NCBI GenBank assembly: GCA_003990765.1
Contig: RBNJ01000115.1
Coordinates: forward strand, 1-40,970
Reading direction: 5' to 3'
DNA: 40,970 nt
Source: Jimgerdemannia flammicorona
Lineage: Eukaryota
The translations under genes and the position numbers were made by a program. The notes below the pieces were generated by a model. That model saw only the letters and a program-made list of their open reading frames with translations. It was not told the origin of the DNA and ran no database searches. This document shows positions 9,330 through 20,143 of the stretch, piece after piece; position 1 is the stretch's first letter, and every line of letters begins with the position of its first letter.

Positions 9330-11740
9330 TAGCTGGTCACCTTAACTCTATACTTTTTGCCTCAGTAGTCAAACTTGAGTACTTGTTGGCCAATGTCAAC
9401 AACTGCATTCATCTCCTTCATCCAATTCATGCCAAGAATCATATCATAGGTGACAGCTTCAGTGACAACAGCTTTGGGAATAGAGAACTGAATGTGTCCA
9501 AGGGAGATGGTGATATTTCGTACTTCTCCAAGGGGTTGAGTTTGGGCTCCATCTGCTACTATGATGCTGAGGTTGGATGGTCCATCAATGGGCCATTAGA
9601 GGGTGTCCAAGAATCGTTTGGCAATGACACAGACAGCTGCTTCTGTATCTATGAGGATTTTCGCTTTTTGCCCTCCAATATCTCCATGTAAGTAGGTGCT
9701 GACATGTCTTTCAGCTGCTTGGACCGGAATGGAAGCTGGTTCTTGCTGTGGGATTGGAACTCAGCCAGTGCTAGACCTGGTAGTTCTCAGCAATTTGTTT
9801 CGGACTCCAGCTAGTGTCAGTTGCAAAAACTACAGGAGAGGGACTTCCATCTTGGCTTCTTGAATCTTCTGCCAGGCTTCATTGTAAATATCCCTAGGCA
9901 TGGTCTTCAGGGTGTACTTCTTCTTAGACTTTGGAGCAACAGGTTCCCATTCTTCTTGTTCCATTTCTTCATCTTCTGGTAGCAATTCATTTGTCTCAGA
10001 CACAAAGGGTGAGGGGGTTCAGGGAGGTATTTCAACTTGTTCCTCCTCATGTTCTTCATCTTCTTCTTGAATAATTCTCCTGCTAATGTTCCTGGATGGT
10101 CTTCCCACAGGTCTCTTTCTTTTCTCTGCTGGGTAGACTGTCTTTCGGGTGATAACCTTGATAGGGTACAAGTCTAGGTCACTGTAGTCTTCACTGTTGC
10201 TTGCTTCCTCGAAATCTTCAACAGGATGGGCTTCAGTCTTCTTGTACTGGGTGTCATTCCTTCGGTTTGGTGGTTCTGAGTCCCTTTGGTCACTTCTTTT
10301 GTTGTCACATTCAGTGGCATAGTGTCCAAGTTGTCCACAGTGGAAGCATTGGACTTGGGCTCTGTCTCGGACAGGGTACCTTCTTTCTTCTTGCTGGTAA
10401 TTCCTGTTATCTCTTGATGGATAACCTTGGCTCCTCTGTGGTGGGTACCCTCTGTTGTTTTGGTAGTCCCAATTTTCGCGTATGGTGAGTTTTTCAATCT
10501 GTCCAACCAATCAGTCTAACTTGGAGCTGAGGTCTTGAATTTCGCTTCTGTCCTTCTTTCCTTCCTTGGCTGGCCTTCTTTCTTCAGACCTTTCTTGTCC
10601 TTGAAGGAGTCCTTGCAGGGCTTTGACCAGGATATCTTCTTTATCTTCCTTTTTGTCATGGTCACTCCAGGTAGTTCCTTGTCTGACATCAAAGAATCCT
10701 TGGACTGCATCTACTTGTTCTTCAGACCTTCTGATGCCTAGGGTGCAGACATGCTGGGCAATATTCAGGGGAATTCCATTCATGAAGGTCATTGGACCTA
10801 TGATGTCCTGGTTGGTAGCATTGAACCCAGCAGAATGCATTCTCTTCTGGATTCTTATGAAGAAGGCTCTGGGTGATTCTCCAAGATTCATCTTCATCCC
10901 CATGATGGACTCCTGAGCCTTGTGGCGGGGTTCATTTCCTGCATACTTTTCTATGAGCCAGTAGACCATGGCCTGATATTCTAGCTCATAGGAGACTGCT
11001 GCTTGTATCTGTCTTGCTAGTTCCAAATCTGGGTTGTTTGCTGTTTGATGGAAAATCCCTCTGGCTGGTTCTCTGAGCTGAGCTTTGTAGATGGCAATCT
11101 TTCTTTCATCTGAGAGATTCCTCAAGGCTGTGATTCCTTCGATTCTATCAAGGAATTCTCTGGGGTCTTCCTCTAGGTATCCTGCAAAGATTGGCAATGA
11201 GGTGGCCATTTCTTTGTCACTTTCTTCTGATTCTGGTTCGAATTCGGATTCTGATTCACTTTCTGAACTGTCACTAGAGACCAGGGTGCTTGGGTATCTT
11301 GAAGATGGTGTTCTTGTTCTTGGGTGAGGTGGAGTAGGCCTAGGTATCCTTGTAGGAGCTACTTCTGGTTCTGCAAGAGGTTGTGGTAGGGGTTCTATTG
11401 GTGAGATGGGTGGGACTGGTGTATGCTGTCTGGCTGTAAGATGTTGGGTCCGGGTAATAAGTTTGTCTAGTTCTTGTGCAAGTTCTTCAAAAACTCTGGC
11501 AGGACTATCTGTATTATCTGCTTGATCTGGTTGATCTGGTTGATCTGGTTGGGGATTTCGGACTATACTGCCTCTTGCTTCTGGTTGGGATCCTTCTGAT
11601 GCTGGGTAGTTGGCAAGTCTTGAGGTGATTACTTCTCTTCCTGTCCAAATACTAGTGATGACTGGTTCTCCTATAGTGGCAGAGGTTGGTGTTGTATCAA
11701 ATGTATCCAGTTTGACTGTGGATTCTTGTGAGCTGAAAAG
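9330..11740 (-). pseudogene. gag: gag-protease of gypsy A (single frame)
   Basis: Capsid-like start LPIFAGYLEEDPREFL; CCHC knuckle CFHCGQLGHYATEC; protease ILIDTEAA (copy B ILIDTGAA). The frame continues to the dUTPase apart from point-mutation stops. Confidence 0.88.
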
Positions 11741-11759
11741 TCACGTCGATTTTGAAATC

Positions 11760-11777
11760 TTCCCAGTTGAGCCCCCA
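11760..11777 (-). promoter_or_regulatory. Primer binding site, tRNA-Pro type (TGGGGGCTCAACTGGGAA)
   Basis: 2 nt inside the 5' LTR boundary. Begins TGGGGGCTC like known tRNA-Pro PBSs. Identical in copy B at 25509-25526. Confidence 0.8.
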
Positions 11778-11779
11778 AA

Positions 11780-13188
11780 TGTAACATGCCAGCTCAATAG
11801 AGGCAAATTACAAGGTTGGGGGTTGATGTAGTTTGGCTTGAGCCCCCAGTTACTTTGTTAAAAGCAACAAAATGTTCTTGGTGTTTAGTGGTATAATAGT
11901 TAAGATCTGGATACTGTGCAAGTGATTTCCTTATTGGGACAGTTCTCTGGGTGTAGCAGCGATTTGTGTGTCTTTTCCTTCTTGAGTCAACTGGGAATGG
12001 CACAATTTGTATGTAGCGCAAGCGGTTTCCTTCTTGAGTGATGGGTGATTTCTGTGTAGCGCGACAATCTTCAAAAGTATGTGATTTCTGGGTGATGGTC
12101 TTGGTGCGACGATCTTTGTGTAGTGCGACGATCTCCAAAAGTATGTGATTTCTGGCAGATGACTCGATTTGGCTCACTGAGAATTGTATGGTGTGGATTC
12201 TTCCATAACAGGCTCACTGGGAATAATGGATAACTCGGATGGCTCTAATGCGGATAACCCGAAAGTGGTGGATGATGTAGATTTGGTGAACTTCTTAGAA
12301 GCGGTGGCTTAACTGGGAATTAACTCGGATGGTGCGGATTCTTCTAAATCGGCAGCTTCAACTGGGAATACGATGGATAACTCAAAATGGTGGGGTTCTT
12401 CTGGGAAATGAGATGGCGTAGATTCTTCCTGAATCAGCGGCTTCAACTGGGAAACGAACAACTGGCGGCATTCTTTGGGAAAGGGTTTCTTGGCAAAGTT
12501 ACGTCAAAGACTGGCTTCGTTTGTGTGAACAGATCACTGCGAAGTTGCATCAGAAACTGGCTTGGGCAAGGCAGCTTTCTCTGGGAATGTGGATAACTTG
12601 GAAACGGCAGCTTATTCCTTAAGCGGCGGATTATTCAAAAGGCAGCGAAGTTCTCCTTGAACTTAGGCGGCAAATCTTCAGGCTTATCTGGCAAGTGAAC
12701 CAATAGTTCCAAAGGCGGCGAAGTTCTTCCTTGAACTTGGCGGCAAAATCAGCTTTGTATCGGAAAGTGAACCGGAGTAGAAAGGGGACCAATGCTCAAT
12801 CTTTAGAGGCTTGTTTGGTATTTGTATTTCAGACTGAGGTTTTATTCACTCTTGCCTCTGGGGTAATTTATACAAGTTGGTTGCTATCTGGTTACTATGT
12901 GGCTAACTATAGATTTGCTATCTTTGGTAATGTTTGGGTGTGTCCTCTGGGTACAGGTGTGTCCACAGGACATGAGTGTGTCCGCAGGACATGAGTGTGT
13001 CCGCAGGACATGAGTGTGTCCTCAGGATACAGGTAAACAATCCTGATCTGGTGTCTTGGCTAATTATAAGTGTGGCAGGCATGAGTAACTATGATACACT
13101 GGAAGTCACATCATGTTGAGTAAGTATGCTAATTGTTCATGTCATCTGGCTAAGTTATAATTCAGGTGATATGTTTTGGTCTGTTACA
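11780..13188 (-). repeat. 5' LTR of gypsy A (1409 bp)
   Basis: Direct repeat of 2714-4185. It is 63 bp shorter, consistent with loss of one ~45-bp and one 18-bp repeat unit. Substitutions are mostly transitions at CpG. Confidence 0.95.
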
Positions 13189-13259
13189 ATACCAAGCACC
13201 AAGACACGTCAAAACAGAGAACTAAAACAAATAACAACCACAACTTCCAATACACAAAC

Positions 13260-13781
13260 ATGACCACTGAGATCTACACCCATATCCACACTGATATTTG
13301 GAATGCCATTGTCAACTGAGCTACTCTCCCTCTGCCCCTCATGAATATCCATAGCCTGGCACCCCTCTATTTCATAGAAGCCCAATGGAATGCCCTAAAC
13401 ATGCTCAATGAGACCTACTGAATTGGACAAATCTCAAGCTACTATCAGATCAGCCACCTCCTAGAAGACATGGTCAAACACTACCATGATACAGACATTA
13501 TCCAGATGTCTCAACACCAGAAACTCATTGCCCGCAAACACCAAGAACTCTTCTATGAGTATAGCACTGTTATTCCCTACCTCTGAGTTATTATAGCCAA
13601 AATGGTTGCTACTCTGTCCTATGGCCAAATCAACAATATGATACAAGAACTCAACCATAAGTATCTCAAGTACGTTGAAACTACAGACAGAACCTTCCCA
13701 CACCTCAACAATCATATCCATGCAAATACCCCAAGTCGAATACACCATGAAGGATGTCTACGATATAATCCACTTCGATGA
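13260..13781 (+). pseudogene. Decayed accessory ORF homologous to ORF 4225-4737
   Basis: Translates as MTTEIYTHIHTDIWNAIVN*ATLPLPLM...Y*IGQISSYYQISHLLEDM. The three internal stops (13317, 13419, 13584) are all TGA, as expected from CGA decay. Confidence 0.75.
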
Positions 13782-14358
13782 AGACAAAGCAGAAGACAAT
13801 GATCCCTCTAATACCAACATGACCTCAAGCCAAGGATCTCTGCCAACCCTGATCACACTGCCAACCTTGCCAATGAACTTATAACAATTCATAACAGCAT
13901 ATGAGACTTATTGGGACAATGACCACTGGCATAAATACCAACCTATGTTTACCCCCAATTACTTCAACTACAATGAAGAGACCAGAGAACACAACCTGTA
14001 TCTCCAGACAACTCTCGAGATTGAACCAACCACTCCACTACCTGAGTATGAGCGACATGAACCACAGCTACCAGCTTACTACAATTCCATGACTCATAGT
14101 GCTGTAACCTACAGAAGGTACGCAGACACCAAATCTGATGAAAGTAAAGACAATGTACCTCTCCTCCACCCACCAATACCTTATCCAGTATATGAGACAG
14201 ATGATACTATTCTGTGGGATGGTGATGAAGTTTCAATATATTATTACCTCAGCAAATAAGGAGAAGTAATCCGTGAACTACTTTTCCTAGACGACTACTT
14301 CATCAGAGATGATATCATTGATAGTAATATCATCGAAGACTACCCAGACAGTGTCTAA
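13720..14358 (+). pseudogene. Second decayed ORF (about 210 aa, acidic, Tyr/Pro-rich), unknown function
   Basis: Track ORFs 13675-13884 and 13945-14259 are in one frame, joined across TAA codons at 13882 and 14257 and ending DYPDSV* at 14358. Confidence 0.55.
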
Positions 14359-15019
14359 ACCTATAAATAGCTTAGCAGGTATAGTATAGTTAGATTAGCC
14401 TTGTATGACATGACTGTAAACTGACTCAGCAGTCAGATGATCTCTTGATATATCAGATTACACTTGTACTATGTGACTGCATTCTGACTCAGCAAGGCAC
14501 TTAGTGCTATATCCATATTTAGCATAGTCCAGATAGCCCCTCACTAGTATAAATATCCCCTCCCCCAGACCTCAGAATTGGAGACTTGAAAGACTTGAAC
14601 AATCTAAACACAACTTCTGAGCACTTCTTCACAATACCCCTAATACAACTACTCCTAGTATAGCAATATCATGAATAGTAAATAAATCTATTTAATAATC
14701 CACAAACTACTCTTAAATAAATCTGCTCCCTGTTAGGTCCCACTCCTAACCCCATCATGAAATTTCCTAATTGGGTATCATCTGTAGCGATATACTGATT
14801 CAACTAAGCTAGTCTTAGTTTCTTGAACTTTCTGAAATATGAAAAATCTTGAATATCCAGAACTAGTCCAAAAAAAAGGACTTTGGTTGAGATATCAACC
14901 CAATCTTGAAATCAATAAGCATAGAGGATGTACTCCATACAAAATTGATCTTGACCATAAGAAAACAGTCTTCCAGAATATCCAGAACTTCCAGAAAACC
15001 CTCCCAGAACTATGTAACA

Positions 15020-18000
15020 GTTACCCTAAAAAGCAACCCTCTTACACTACCTCTCAATCAACTCCCCTATTCTCATCTAAGGATTCTGCTAGAACACTTA
15101 TTATCAATATACTGCCATCAGAATCTAGACTCTAAGGACCCAGTCCAGCCCACTTTAGATATCTCCAGGTACTCCAACTAGCTACTACTTAACTACCAGA
15201 CTAGTGGATTCCCCTGGCCTTTTACTCTCTGAGTCTCAATATTCTTCCAATATCTGTTAATACTCTTCTATCTCTGGACATTTTGTCAGGATATACTCTG
15301 GTAACTACACTACTCTCTCATCTACCTTACTGCATTACTTGCATTCTCAACTACTATCCACCTCCATCTATCCTGTCCTATAGCTCAGTATCACATTTCT
15401 CCTCAGGAATTACCACTATATCACTCAGTACTTAGATAATACAACTTTAAGTAAGGAAGCCCTTCAGCTCCAGATATTTCTCTAATCCCAGTCTTCTCTA
15501 ATCCAGCCTTCTATTAGTCTATAGACTACTTTTCAAGAAGGCCAGCTCTGATCTATTCCATCACTTCTGTTAAAGAGTACTCTACCAACCAGTATCCACC
15601 AATACATAGGCTCTCTAACTATCACCATCACTGCTCTGGATTCTCACCCCTGGCTCTATCAACTCTATAGTTAGCCAGGCCTCCATAATATCCCACCAGA
15701 ACTCTTTAAACCACAATTGACTGAATCTTCTAACCTAAAGCAGTCCTCATATATTCTTCCAGACCTCACCATAGGGGCAGAACCTGATCTCCCAATTATC
15801 TATAGCCAGTCTGCTCTAATCTTCCTCTCTCAACTCTACTAACTGATACTCTTACTAACTTTAGAGTACTTTCAACTGCCTCTAGAAGTCCATCAACTCC
15901 AGACCCTCATCTGCTGTCCTCAACACTACTATCTCTTAATCAATTTGTAGTTATGCTCTCTGCTATAACCATTCTTCCACCACCTTCTTCAGCCTCTGCA
16001 CTACTCAACCAAGAAAGTCTAGATAATACTCCAGATACCATAACTTTGGCAACCAATATATATTCAAAACCACCACTTTTCCCACCAAGGAGAAGTACCT
16101 CCCTGACCAATCTATTAGTACTCTCTCTCACTTCTATATTATACTACACCACCATCTCTTTGACAATACTGTCTTATATACTGAAAACCAGATATCTAAA
16201 TATCAGACAGCATTTTCCACAGCCACTATCTATCCAAATTACTCATTCTCTTCCAAGCCAGCATGAAGCTCCATTGTCTCATACTTGTCTCAGTTCAGTT
16301 TTATACCTACCAGCCTCTCATACTCTCTCACTCCTTCCTGCAGGCATTCTATATTTACTATATAACCTAACTCAACCACTATATCATCAGCAAAAGCCCC
16401 TAGCTTCCAGATCATATCTCTTATTTGCAATCTAGTTAGCTGCTCCTTCAGTCAAGTCAACAAAGGCTCCAAGGAGAGGATATAGAGTAGGGGGGAGAGT
16501 GGGTCACTCTGTGACACACCCCTCTCTAAGGCAAATTTCAGACCACTCTACTTATTCATCAGTACCACTACTCTATAGCCTTGCACCAGCCCCATCAACC
16601 TCCTTATCTCTTCAGCACTGAACCCTGCCTTCTGCAGTACTGCCTTAAGGTAATTCTACTGCATCCTATCATATGCCTTCTTCTGATCTAAGAAGATCAT
16701 CCATCTATCTACTTACTAACTCCTGTAGCCCTCCAAGATATTCTGTATCTAGGCAGTGCTATCTCTAATCTGTCTCTCTTTAACAAAGTCTCTCTGGTCC
16801 TCACTCATCAGTCTGCCAATCCACTGCTATATCCTTCCAGCCAGAATCTTGGATACCAGTTTTCTGTCCATATTTAGTAACATGATTGGCTGTCAATCCT
16901 ACCATATTCACTAATCCCCCTTCTTCTTATACAGTAAAGAGACTAGCCCTACAGAGCTATTGCCAATCCAGCTACTCTTCTTCAAGACAAAGTTTACCAT
17001 TTTTACTAACCAGTCACCAAACTCAACCTGGAACTCCTTCCAGAATTCCCAAAGCAACCCATCCTCCCCTGGAGATAAACCTGCCTGCACTTTCTCCAAT
17101 ACCTCCAACATCTCTTCAAGGGCCACCATACTCATTACTGCCTCACCTATCTCAGATTGCACTATCACTGGCCAACTACCTACCAAATTATTATTATTCT
17201 CCTATAATACCCCACTCTCCACTAACCCCCCTTCATCTTGCCAGAGATCCCACTATTGCCCAGAAATCTTACCCAGCATTTCCATGATTCTCATGACCTC
17301 AGTACCATTCTCTCACAATACTAAAGCCTAGTTATACTGCACCTTTCTGGCCTTTAAAATACCTAATAAATACTTCATAGGCTGCTCTTCTTCCTCCAGC
17401 TGCCTAGTCTGCAGCCTTGCCAGCAGACTATTGACTACTCTATCCTCAGCTGTCTTAAGATCCAGATACAACTTGACTATCTCTACAGCTAATTGAGAGC
17501 ACCTTTCTCCTGATAAGTTCCCCCCTTCTATCAATCTCAACTGCCATTGCAGCCCTTGCTCTACTCTCCTCTCCTTATTCTTTTGCTCCTTTTCAACAAC
17601 CTCTCCTATATCTCACCAATAAGCACTAGCCAAATGTTTAAATTTACTCCACCACTGTTCTATCTGCTGTCCTTTCTTCTTCTACTGCACCATCTCCTGC
17701 TTTGCTATCTCCACAAATTTTTCCCACTCTGCCTGCCTTTGAAGGAGAGCTATATTGAGCCACCAGCAACTCTTACCCCCACTGACTGCCTGAAATCTAC
17801 CACTCACCTCCACTCTCCAGTGATCTGACCAAAGGCACCACTACACCTCTGCAATATTTAGAACATTCCCCCAACCTTCAGCCACCAGAATCCAATCAAT
17901 CCTTATCTCCACCAGACCCTTATCTACTGAATACCACTGAGTAAAGGGCCCAGGCATTTCCCCTTGATGCTGTCAGATACTATCTACCAAGCCTATACCT

Positions 18001-20143
18001 CTCTCAACCTGGAGCCACTGAGCTAGCTCTACTGAAACTGCTACACCTACTCTACTATCAGACCTATCCAGTGTCCTGTCATGAACTATATTAAAGTCTC
18101 CTTCCAAAATGTCCAACCCCATCTCCTCCTAGCCCTCCCATGCTAGCTAACTCTCCACCCATTGCTTTCACTCTCTGCTAACTGCTGGGAGATAGACAGA
18201 GCCCACTACTAGTCCATCTTCCAGTCTACCTTTCAATCTTCTCCATATTAATTGATCACTATAAACTTCCACTTCTATCAGCTCACCTCTACCAATATCC
18301 ACTAAGATGCCCACCTGTCTATTCCAACCAGTATTGCTATACCATTCTCTGCTCTACTCCTTATAGTCCTACTCACTATAGGCTTGAACATCCTAAAGAA
18401 GTATCACATTATACCTTCTGACTTTCAGCCAATGAAATAAATACCACCACTTAACTCTGTCATACAGACCATTAACATTTAGAGATAATATATACAGACT
18501 GTTTATCATCATTGATAAAAATGTTTAAAGTTCCATCAAAATCACTACTACCTTCTCAGCTCTGCTACAGATTATCTCCCTTTGTTTCTCACAGATAGCT
18601 CTCTAAATATATATCCCATTCTCACTGCTATAGAATAAATCCATCTATTCTGATGTCACCTTTCTGATGTCAGCTATTCTGTTCTCATCAACTTCATACC
18701 TCTCATCATTCAGTAGTACCACTACCATCACTATCACCAACTTTGATTCCTGCATTGTAACATTGAGAAATCTCTCTCAAGCCTTCTGAGATCTATGAAA
18801 TATATCTACTTTCTTGATATCTTCCTCCACAAGCTCCTCAAGTACTATCTGGTACCAACTATTCGTTGTTATCACTAGTGGTCCAAGAGTGGCTGGTCTG
18901 GGAGTTCTACTCAACTCCTGTACAACCTCACAACCTCACCAGCCTCTGGATACTCCCAATGAACATTTGCTGCTCTTGCTATCTAAATGTCCTCCAATTG
19001 AGTCTTTAGTACTATCTCCATGATTTCCTCAAAACCCCCCTCTCTCATCTCCTCCTTATTAGCCCACTTCCCTGTCACTGATGCATAAGCTGAACTCTTC
19101 ATACTATCTAGCTGTGAAAATGACATCTCAGCTATCTCTATCTCCTCCATCTGACTTCTGGCTGCCTTCACCCTTGCTGCCTCCTCTGTCTATGAACTCT
19201 GGAGAACTGTCTGCAGGTGTTCCCAGTTCTCTTTCTGCTATCTCTTTCTCCTCTCATTGGTTGGAACCCATATCCAGTTCTTTGTGAACTCCTCTTATCT
19301 CCTTTTTTTCAATTCCTTTATAGCTTTTCTCTCCTCCAGAGTCAGTAATCCTCCTCTTGTTCAGATCTCTTCCTCCTCTATACCTTGCACTCTTGACCAT
19401 TAACCTGAATCACCTCTGGTTAGTTCCTTTCTAACTCCATGGCCTCCTTGCCCTCCAGTCTTACCATTACCTCACAGTTATCATTCCTCAGCTTAGTCCC
19501 CTCCCAGAATATAAATCTGAAATCAACCATCTCACTAAAGCCCCCCAGTATCTCTGCCACTATCTCCTTAGTCTCCTGTCTCTCTAAAGTTGGCAACCCC
19601 TCTACTACTAGATATACATATGGCATGCAGATCCTATCTCAGATATCTCACCATTCCAACCTTGATGCTCTTGACTACCAATCCTTTCTTCAGGGCCTTC
19701 ACTATCTCCTCCTCTTCTATAAAGCCAATCTTCACAGTCTCTACTGACAGAATAAACTTCAGAGACTCTGCACTGGTAATCTTCTCACTCACTAGCTATA
19801 AAACCTCTCTAACAGACAAATCAAGTCCCAGAAAATTTGTCAAAATTGCCCACATTAATACCAATTTGTAGAAAAAAGAATACACCATTAGTTCTCTAGA
19901 GCCAGCTACTATTATTGTCTTCTCCTTATCTCCTAAGATACTAGCAGTCACCCCATCAGCCCCAGAAAGTCTATCAGTAGTCTCTTCCCCAGCCACCAGT
20001 CCAGCCACTGACCTAGTCTCAAGAATACCAGTTTTAGCTGTCATACCTCCAGACTCCTGTCTCCTGGCAGTCATCTAACCTGCCATCTGACCAATCACCT
20101 GACTCCCCCTCTTGTCAATACTATGTCTCCCCTACCCTACTGA
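15020..20143 (-). mobile_element. Heavily decayed near-full-length L1/Tx1-like LINE (family A): ORF1 about 18520-20074, ORF2 from about 18512
   Basis: APE endonuclease motifs SLNVNGL, GDFN, SDH. RT motifs SPGEDG..EFWK, SLLYKKKGD, WQPIMLLN.D.K, LDQKKAYD, RGVSQSDPLSPLL. C-terminal LRRNV..CxxC region resembles LINE B. Confidence 0.85.

Larger units (their letters stand above)
2714..13188 (-). mobile_element. Full-length dUTPase-containing Ty3/gypsy LTR retrotransposon, copy A (inactivated)
   Basis: Two LTRs bounded TGTAA...TTACA; 4-bp TSD ATAC at 2710-2713 and 13189-13192; PBS; domain order gag-PR-dUTPase-RT-RH-IN, plus an extra ORF. Confidence 0.95.
13193..15019 (+). repeat. Continuation of the putative chromovirus 3' LTR (right end uncertain)
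   Basis: Resumes after the ATAC TSD. TATAAATA near 14548, AATAAA motifs near 14680 and 14716, and TGTAACA ending at 15019 where LINE sequence begins. Confidence 0.5.

Noticed and set aside
10511-10513. Stop shared by gypsy A (TGA) and B (TAA) in gag as programmed readthrough; likewise stops at 10019 and 6691
   Set aside because: More simply explained by recurrent decay of CGA codons, which is pervasive here.
14783-15019. Separate solo LTR (TGTAG...TAACA)
   Set aside because: Flanks TCATC and GTTAC give no TSD and there is no second copy. Left as the uncertain end of the chromovirus LTR.
15953-17828. Plus-strand Ser/Pro/Leu-rich ORFs (also 39817-40473 on the minus strand)
   Set aside because: Antisense shadows of purine-rich LINE ORF2.
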